Shown one piece after another: positions 1 through 6,854 of a stretch of 64,000 bases of DNA. How positions within the stretch are numbered: the first letter of the stretch is position 1; every line of letters begins with the position of its first letter. The DNA lies in assembly GCA_964016885.1 (NCBI GenBank), contig OZ024745.1, forward strand, positions 80,538,001-80,602,000. Direction: 5' to 3'. The position numbers and the translations under genes are program-made. This DNA is from Eledone cirrhosa (taxonomy: Eukaryota). A model generated the notes under the pieces. The model saw only the letters and a program-made list of their open reading frames with translations. It was not told the origin of the DNA and did not search any database.

Positions 1-117
1 TTTGTCATATGATAGTACATCATCATTTCATTTTACGTCTTTAATTTGGTGTTTGTGCCAACCCTCACCTATGATTGTATTCTTTTGATCATTACTCAAG
101 ATTTATGATTGTGAATA

Positions 118-196
118 AAAGCGGATGAAATGGGGTTCCTTCGAAGGGTCTTTAGAGCAATGTTACTTGATAGCGTGTAGCTCAGACTGAAAAAGG
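118..196 (+). mobile_element. RTE-clade LINE fragment (C-terminal part of ORF2)
   Basis: Translates KADEMGFLRRVFRAMLLDSV*, resembling the EMxFLRRxxGxxxxDxxR motif downstream of RTE reverse transcriptases; in-frame stop; short. Confidence 0.55.
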
Positions 197-341
197 TTGT
201 AATTAAATATAATTACTTATCACCTCAACATAATTCTCTGAGTTTTAATCTTGTTCATTTCTTTATTTTATTATTTATTATTCTCTAATACATTTCTTGA
301 TATCAAATATCTTAGTTTTATTATTTTCTTTATTTTCACAG

Positions 342-392
342 AGTGAAGAAATTTTTCTTGATATGTTTGAAGATGAATATAGAGAAATGATG
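342..392 (+). CDS. CLEC16A: CLEC16A orthologue, internal coding exon A (SEEIFLDMFEDEYREMM)
   Basis: T-rich tract + cag acceptor (AG 340-341), donor gtatta at 393; 51 nt, phase 0/0; peptide matches recalled CLEC16A segment IFLDMFEDEYR. Confidence 0.93.
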
Positions 393-469
393 GTATTATA
401 TTATTTCAATATTTTTTTATTGTCAATTTGTGTTTTTCTTTTCTTTCCATAAAAAAAAAAAAAAAAATC

Positions 470-877
470 AAAATCTTCATCATACATTGGCTTGACCTGC
501 CTCACATAGCTGTTAGCACCAAGGCAGAGGTCATCAGGGACGAACTTAGGTGTCCTGGTGACGTCAGAGCGCTGCTTATGAGTCTTGAGTTCTGGCCTGA
601 TATTGTCCTTGTCGCCTGAGGCCTGTTTGCAAGGTTGTAGACCATGGGTTTAGGGTATTTAAACCATTCAATGATTTCCTTGTGTTTGTGGCCGGCACGA
701 AGGCTCTCCATAACAACAGCTCAATAATCGTATTCTGAAGATATGTCGATTACTAAACACCTCGTGCATCAATGGCCACACAGCTACTGAGGTGCAGTAC
801 TTTCTAATGCTGCTACACTGTGACATCATGGCGCTGTTGCGATGTAAAAATTCCAGATTTATCTGTGCCACACTGTA
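470..877 (-). mobile_element. Decayed, internally deleted Tc1/mariner-superfamily (maT/DD37D-like) DNA transposon, 5' part
   Basis: Minus strand begins TA-CAGTGTGGCACAGATAAATC at 877 (TA target + TIR-like end); translates ESLRAGHKHKEIIEWFKYPKPMVY and, after a frameshift, HKQRSDVTRTPKFV..DDL..SYVRQV, resembling the N-terminal HTH region of these transposases. No second TIR seen. Confidence 0.6.
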
Positions 878-1090
878 TGTATGTATGTACACACACACTT
901 AATATATATTATGCATTTTCTCTTCTGAAGAGCACCCAACGTTGCTACTCCAGTGATATGAGCCTGGATGGTGTGGGGGAACCTTAATTTTATTCAACTG
1001 AAAGTTTATAATTTTGTTTCATTTGTTAACTCAAACTTGTTTGTTTTTCTGTTGTTCCTTTAAAAACTGACCTGGGAAATTTTATTTCAG

Positions 1091-1219
1091 GAGCGGCCTT
1101 TGAATGTGGAGTACCTCACAATGGATGCCTCAATATTACTACCTCCCACAGGGACACCTCTTACTGGTATTGACTTCAACAAACGACTTCCCTGTGGTGA
1201 GGTAGAAAGAGCCCGACGG
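1091..1219 (+). CDS. CLEC16A: CLEC16A orthologue, exon B (ERPLNVEYLTMDASILLPPTGTPLTGIDFNKRLPCGEVERARR)
   Basis: tttatttcag acceptor, gtaaaa donor at 1220; 129 nt, phase 0/0; near-identical to the conserved CLEC16A motif MDASILLPPTGTPLTGIDFxKRLPCG. Confidence 0.97.
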
Positions 1220-1425
1220 GTAAAACCTGATACTTCTTCTTTTATTATTGAAAATGTACTAGAAATATAGACTTAGAAACATTTCTCTCTCTCTTTCTCT
1301 TGTGCACACTCACATAACATGTGTGAGTGCATACGCATATATAACACACACACACAAAACACCCACCCACATACATGCCAACACACACAAAACATACTGA
1401 TACAAACATACAAAACATGCTGACA

Positions 1426-1510
1426 TTTGGTATAGTTTCTACAGCTGGATGCCTTTCCTATCATCAATCACCTTACAGGGTGTACTCGATGCATTTTATT
1501 GTGGTACCAG
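1426..1510 (-). mobile_element. Fragment of an interspersed repeat (same family as 3253-3680, opposite orientation)
   Basis: Reverse complement ctggtaccacaataaaatgcatcgagtacaccctgtaagg...taggaaaggcatccagctgtagaaactataccaaa aligns by eye with the 48-bp unit and with 3529-3586. Confidence 0.75.
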
Positions 1511-2162
1511 TTCTAAGGAAGTTGTTGGGTATTGACTCAACTGAAGAGACTTCTTTACCCTATGGGGCTGGGGGTGGATATGTATGATGTAATTGGTAAT
1601 AATGGGATGGAGTGGGGAAAATGACTGTATAATGTCAAAAGTGGCACCAACACTAGAGAGGTTGTTGCTTGTTCATCTAGATTGAAGAAAGTGAACTGCT
1701 GAACTGGACATTTGACACAGTGTGAATGGAACTGGACTGGACATTGGATACAATCACAATGGTGCTGGACATTGGACACACTATGAGGTCAGCCCCAGCA
1801 CAATGTCACCAAACTGGAAAAGAAGGGATATATGTTTCATAATGAATAAAGAAAATATGGAAGAAAATTATCATAATTAATTTAAATGAAAGTAAGGTTA
1901 AATACAGCAATGACTTTAAATCTCTGAAAACTAATTTGTGTTTGTAAAACTGTTCACATCTAAATTAAAATCTCAACCATTTTTATTATATGAAAAAAAA
2001 TTTAGTAAACATCTGTCTTTTGTAGTAAAAATGTTTCTACACCAGTAAACAGCACTAAAATCATTACAGTTGTTTTACTAAACCCATTGAAAATAACCTT
2101 GAAACACATACAGGCAGTCTATTCTAATTTAAAATATGGTTAACTTTCACCAATTTCTTCAG

Positions 2163-2283
2163 GCTATTCGAGTTTTCTTTTTGATTCGTGATTTATCGCT
2201 GACTTTACTGAAAGAAGAAGAGGTACACTTACCGTTGACCAAAGAACATGAATGTATCAAGACAAATGAAATACGTGACCTTA
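2163..2283 (+). CDS. CLEC16A: CLEC16A orthologue, exon C (AIRVFFLIRDLSLTLLKEEEVHLPLTKEHECIKTNEIRDL)
   Basis: tttcttcag acceptor (AG 2161-2162), gtaagt donor at 2284; 121 nt, phase 0/1; matches CLEC16A AIRVFF..R.LSL.L....LPLT. Confidence 0.96.
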
Positions 2284-2523
2284 GTAAGTTACTTTTTTTA
2301 CCTTATATACATTTAACTTTTAAACTGGCCGTATTTGGCAAGAATTCTCTCACCTCTTTCTGTTCAAACCGGCTATAACCAGCTGCTCATATTGATGTTA
2401 CAGTATTTTTCTCAAAATAAATATTAAAATCTCATAAATTCGATATTATTTGAGATAAAGCTTTTACCATGAAAATACAATAGTAAATGTAGAATAATGT
2501 AAATCCTAAAGGGTTAACTAAAT

Positions 2524-2670
2524 AACATGAATGTATCAAGACAAATGAAATATGTGACCTTAGTAAGTTGCCTTTTAACCTTATATACATTTACCTTTAA
2601 CTAAATAACATCAGTGTATCAAGACAAATGAAATATGAGACCATAGTAAGTTACCTTTTTATTTTATATC
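2524..2670 (+). repeat. Two tandem ~80-bp copies of the 3' end of exon C plus its splice donor
   Basis: aacatgaatgtatcaagacaaatgaaatatgtgaccttagtaagtt...ccttatatacattta (2524-2602) and a more diverged copy (2607-2670) duplicate 2245-2326. Confidence 0.92.
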
Positions 2671-2835
2671 TCTAGTTCTTTTCCCCTCTCACTTTTCTTA
2701 TTTCTCTTTTTTATCTATTTACTACATAAAAAATAATTACTTTGTAAATTTTGTGGAATGGTTTAAGAATTCCTATTTTAACTGCACTAATATTAAATGA
2801 TGTTGATGGCAATGGTGGTAGTTATGGTGATTTTA

Positions 2836-2972
2836 GAATTAGCATCCCTCAAATAATACCTCACCAGCTTAATGGACATATTAGATAATGTAATCCTAGA
2901 TACATTGTCTGAATAAAAGTTAGACTAGACTGCTCTTTATCGGAGTTCACCTGGTCTCAAACAACTACTATA
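2836..2972 (+). mobile_element. Degenerate interspersed repeat ending in acctgg..c(t)aaacaac (related copies ~3770-4022 and ~6520-6618)
   Basis: Shared 3' signature in the window (ttcacctggtctcaaacaac / ctaacctgggcctaaacaacaa / ctgatgtagggttaaacaac) and shared cctagatacattgtc / ctagacatagtatgtc core. Confidence 0.5.
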
Positions 2973-3252
2973 ACATTATTTCTGTAGTAAAAATTGGAAC
3001 AGTAAAAGTAGGGATGAATTGAAAGCTGGTTGATATATTGGGATTTCCACATCATATTTGAAAGGTTGCTGTTCATCTCTTATGATTTGCTTCAGCAAAG
3101 ATATTTAAAATTAAACCCAAAATCTTACTTTCAAGCTGAAGTCTTCAGACAGTGTTCAGCATAATAAAAATGATTCAAGTGGTTGATCAAATAAAATCAA
3201 TATAAAGTAGAGAGGGATCTTGAGTTTTGCTGAGGACATAACAACCTTTCTA

Positions 3253-3680
3253 GTGCTGGTGCTACGATCAAATACACCCAGTACACTCTGTAAAATAGTA
3301 GTTCTGGGGCCGCAATAAAAGGCACACAGTACCCTCTGTAAAGTAGTGCTGTTGTTGCCATGATAAAATGAAACTGGTACCTTCTGTAAAGTAGTAAGGC
3401 TGGTGCCACAATAAAATACACCCAGTATCCTCTGTAGTAAAGTGGTATTACTGATGCCATGGTAAAATGCATCCAGTATACTCTGCAAACTGGTTGTGCT
3501 GATGTTACAATAGAATGTAGCCAATACACTCTGTCAAGTGATTGGCATTAGGAAGAGCATGCAACTGCAGAAACCATGCCAAAATATGGGATGTATGAGC
3601 AAAATATGATTCTTTGACATGTCTAGTCTCGGTGTTTAACCCATGTCAGCATCGAAAGTGGACATAAAATGATGATAATT
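3253..3680 (+). repeat. Interspersed repeat whose 48-bp segment is tandemly amplified ~6x (3253-3535)
   Basis: Unit ~gctggtgccacaataaaatacacccagtacactctgtaaagtagt; ataaaa-like anchors at 3267, 3315, 3363, 3411, 3462, 3510 (48/48/48/51/48 bp), followed by single-copy element body ttggcattaggaagagcatgcaactgcagaaaccatgccaaa. Confidence 0.85.
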
Positions 3681-3769
3681 ACAGCTAGAAATGTCAGTGA
3701 AATGCTACATCTGTTTATGTAGAGCTAACCAAGACTACTCAATAGCAACAATAACAACAACAATTTCAA

Positions 3770-4022
3770 GCTAGAAAAGGAGCCTATGTAGGGCTCCTTG
3801 ATTTGTTAGAAACAACAACTAAGTCTCTCTCAAAATTACATCCTGTCACCTCAAATACAGACCAGATAGTGTTATATCACACCTATCTTAAAGACACAGT
3901 GTATACTGTTATACTAGACATAGTATGTCAGATTTTAAAAAAATGGAATGGTCATGGCTTAAACATTTTTTTTTTATATTATAGTTGTATATTGCGGCTA
4001 ACCTGGGCCTAAACAACAATAA
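3770..4022 (+). mobile_element. Degenerate interspersed repeat (family of 2836-2972)
   Basis: Ends gcggctaacctgggcctaaacaacaataac; internal similarity to 2836-2972 and 6520-6618. Confidence 0.5.
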
Positions 4023-4090
4023 CTTTATATAATGGTATCAATTTAGAAAAACATTTTTTCAATGAGCATCTTAATTTATTATCTTTTCAG

Positions 4091-4133
4091 ATAACAGTGA
4101 TCTCATTGCATGTACGGTGGTTACTAAAGAAAG
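4091..4133 (+). CDS. CLEC16A: CLEC16A orthologue, exon D ((N)NSDLIACTVVTKE(R))
   Basis: cttttcag acceptor, gtaaga donor at 4134; 43 nt, phase 1/2, in frame with exons C and E; matches CLEC16A NNSDLIACTV.TK. Confidence 0.96.
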
Positions 4134-4451
4134 GTAAGAATGAATAACTATTTTCACACAATTGTTAACCAATTTATTTTGAAACATTAAACTGCCACTT
4201 TATATTTTGTAAGAGAGAAAAGAGTAGCTGAGTGACTCAACCACAGCATATTACTGGTACTTATCTTACTGGTCAGTGTTGAGTTGGGGACTGAAAACAT
4301 CATCGTCGTCATTATTAACATCATCGTCGTCATTATTAACATCAGCTTTCACTGCTAGCAAGTGTTTGAAGAATTGTCACAGACAAAAGTCAATACTTAA
4401 ACATTAGCCAGCTGTTTGCAACTCATTTAGATACGTTTCTGTACTTGGCGA

Positions 4452-4726
4452 ATGCAGTACTCCAGCATGGCCTGGGGTTAATATCAATTAAAACCTTCAA
4501 TGCTCCAGCATTGCCTATGGTTGATATTTTTAACTAAAATACCTTCAGTGTACTGCTCCAGTATGGCCTGAGGTTGGTATCAACTAAAATACCTTCAATG
4601 CTCCAGCATGGCCTGGGGTTGATATCAACTAAAATACCTTCAATGCTCCAGCATGGCTTGGAGTTATCAATTAAATACCTTCAGTGCAGTGCTCCAGCAT
4701 GGCTAGAGTAGAATAATAAAAGAATA
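4452..4726 (+). repeat. ~45-bp minisatellite, ~6 copies, probably amplified from a SINE 3' segment
   Basis: Unit ~tgctccagcatggcctggggttgatatcaactaaaataccttcaa; ctccag anchors near 4460, 4503, 4556, 4601, 4646, 4692; ends in an A-rich tail. Confidence 0.85.
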
Positions 4727-4967
4727 CATGACAACTTTTTTCTACATTCTTTGCATGTTTCTTTAAAAGCATTTGGTTACCTCTAGTTTGGAACAGAATA
4801 CGTTATTTCAATGCTTAACATAATGGGTTTCCTTAATTCTGATTTTGTCTTTTAAAATATACATTGAGTAATGAACCAAGGATATAGGTGTAATCAAGTC
4901 ATTTATTCATTTATTGCGTATTTTTTACTAATAACAACGTAAATATATAATTCATTTTTGAATGTTT

Positions 4968-4973
<6 letters not shown>

Positions 4974-5022
<49 letters not shown>
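4974..5022. repeat. (TA)n microsatellite
   Basis: ~24 uninterrupted TA units. Confidence 0.99.
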
Positions 5023-5026
<4 letters not shown>

Positions 5027-5172
5027 ATACTTTGGGAGGGTCATGTTGCCAATAAGAAACACACGCACCAGTTGCTTTCACTTCAATTTATTATAATAAA
5101 TTTATAAATTTAGGAATTTATAAATTTCCGGTTGGTTGGTTGGTTCCACAACCAGATGGTTGTTTATATATT

Positions 5173-5215
5173 GTCAAAGTTCTTTCGTCACACATTCTGT
5201 GACCTCTTCAGTGAC
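5173..5215 (-). ncRNA. Minimal type I hammerhead ribozyme motif (HH-b)
   Basis: Minus strand GTCA-CTGAAGA-g-GTCACA-gaatg-TGTGAC-GAAA-gaac-TT-TGAC: 4-bp stem I, intact CUGAnGA and GAAA boxes, 6-bp stem II with one extra G, very short stem III, predicted cleavage after CUU (5177/5176). Confidence 0.6.
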
Positions 5216-5424
5216 TGGGGATTCTTTTCTTTGTTTTTTGTGCCTCTCCTTTGTTCTGTCTTACGCCATTTTGTTTCTGTGTGTGTGTTGTGTGCTCAGT
5301 CTGCGCATGCGCCACATCCGGGTGTCTGTGTGTGTTTATATTTATATTTGTTTATTTATTTGTTTATTTACATGTTACCGGTTGGTTGTTTGTTCTACGT
5401 GTGTGTTTTCATTTTGTCCTATAT

Positions 5425-5702
5425 ATATTAATTCAAAATATTATCAAAATAGATATTCTTGTGATCAATTATATTTTATTATACATATTTCAGAGGTACT
5501 GAGTTAAGTTCAACAATACGTCCTCATCAGATAAAATAAAATGATACATGACATACCCTGACATAGTAGATGGTTAAGATTCAGTCATGGTAGTATTGGA
5601 TGAGGACGTACTGTTGAACTTAACTCAGTACCTTTGAAATATGTATAATAAAATATAATTGATCACAAGAATATCTATTTTGTTAATATTTTGAATTAAT
5701 AT
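5425..5702. repeat. Long inverted repeat: 104-bp arms (5425-5528, 5599-5702), 70-bp spacer
   Basis: Arms are reverse complements with 3 mismatches by manual alignment. Confidence 0.95.
5472..5538 (-). ncRNA. Minimal type I hammerhead ribozyme motif (HH-a)
   Basis: Minus strand TATTTTAT-CTGATGA-GGACGTATTG..CAGTACCTCT-GAAA-TATGTA-TA-ATAAAATA: perfect 8-bp stem I, both core boxes, ~10-bp stem II (one mismatch, G.U at the base), near-palindromic stem III ATATGTAT, predicted cleavage after AUA (5480/5479). Confidence 0.68.
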
Positions 5703-5794
5703 TAATAACTCTGGAAAACCTTCTGTTGAGTGCTTCCAATCTATTGTAAAACTCATTCTTTGATGTATTCAGTGAACCTTGTTTAACTTTTAAA

Positions 5795-5914
<120 letters not shown>

Positions 5915-5968
5915 CACACACACCCACCCACACACACTACACACACATTTTTTCTGTTTGATTTTCAG

Positions 5969-6077
5969 AAAACAAGAACGACGGTTTCTTGTCATTGACT
6001 GCAAACAGTTGATTCTTGTAGAACCTGATGCCAAACGATTAGGTTGGGGTGTGGTTCGATTTGTAGGTTTTCTCCAG
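5969..6077 (+). CDS. CLEC16A: CLEC16A orthologue, exon E (KQERRFLVIDCKQLILVEPDAKRLGWGVVRFVGFLQ)
   Basis: attttcag acceptor (AG 5967-5968), CAG|gtttgt donor at 6078; 109 nt, phase 2/0; matches CLEC16A RFL..D..Q..LVEPD..RLGWGVV.F.G.LQ. Confidence 0.96.
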
Positions 6078-6125
6078 GTTTGTATATTTGGCTGTAATTT
6101 GCATACACATTATTATATAATATAG

Positions 6126-6255
6126 TGGAGGTGAATTGTCAGAGTTGTTAAAATATTGGATAGAATGCTTTGCAGTATTTGTTCCAGCTCTCTGCACTCT
6201 CATTCTGCTGTGGTCAATAAAAAAAAGTGCCAGTCTAGTACTGGGGTCGATTCTT
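6126..6255 (+). mobile_element. Degenerate, internally deleted tRNA-derived SINE
   Basis: ggtgaattgtcagagttgttaaaatattggatagaatgctttgcag...ggtcaataaaaaaaagtgccagtctagtactggggtcgatt aligns with SINE copies at 57481-57700 and 62880-63068. Confidence 0.65.
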
Positions 6256-6854
6256 CCTCTATACCACTCTATCTTTCTTTGGAAGAAATTGGTTATGTTC
6301 AGACCTGGAGAGGAGATAGGTTCTTCCAGGTTTAAAAATTCCGAAGACATGCCATATGCCTATACATTGCTCCTATGACACTATCAGGATTTACAGGTCC
6401 ATACATACATATTGGATATGTAACAGAATCTTCATCTGATTATACATCTGCCAACCACTGCTGATTCCTATAGTTAACTCTCATCTGAATTTAATAATAA
6501 TTTATATAACTGAGTCAATAAAAGGGCTTCTACATGGTTGTTCAGTTTGTTAGAAGTAGCAGGCACATCTTTTTTATCATAGGTCTGTTTGATAGGGGCT
6601 GATGTAGGGTTAAACAACCCCTTCAATTATAGTAGTTACTCCGAGTTATTGAGATTATTTGAATTTGTGTTGGGGATGAGTGAGAGGCTCATTTTCTAAA
6701 TTTTACAAGATAATTTCTGATTAAAAAAAAAAAAATGTTGGACACAAACTGATGTTTGGTTACCAGCAGCTAATTAGTGACCCATCATCATTATTTTTAC
6801 GCCTACTTTTTCATGTTAATATTTTTGCAGTTATATTCTATAGGCAGGTGTCAA

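Larger units (their letters stand above)
5023..5702 (-). mobile_element. Probable Penelope-like element (pLTR) or retrozyme-like non-autonomous fragment
   Basis: Two minimal type I hammerhead motifs on the - strand, a partial inverted duplication of the motif-bearing end, and insertion against a (TA)n tract. No RT or GIY-YIG coding sequence seen. Confidence 0.55.

Noticed and set aside
925-1560. Other CTGAAGAG hammerhead-box matches (925, 1541)
   Set aside because: No stem II followed by GAAA and no closing stem I.
3156-3529. Two overlapping minus-strand ORFs of 110-122 aa
   Set aside because: By-product of the 48-bp tandem period; no recognisable domain.
5425-5702. MITE interpretation of the long inverted repeat
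   Set aside because: No clear TSD beyond AT-rich sequence, and the arms contain a hammerhead core, which fits a Penelope-like inversion better; not fully excluded.
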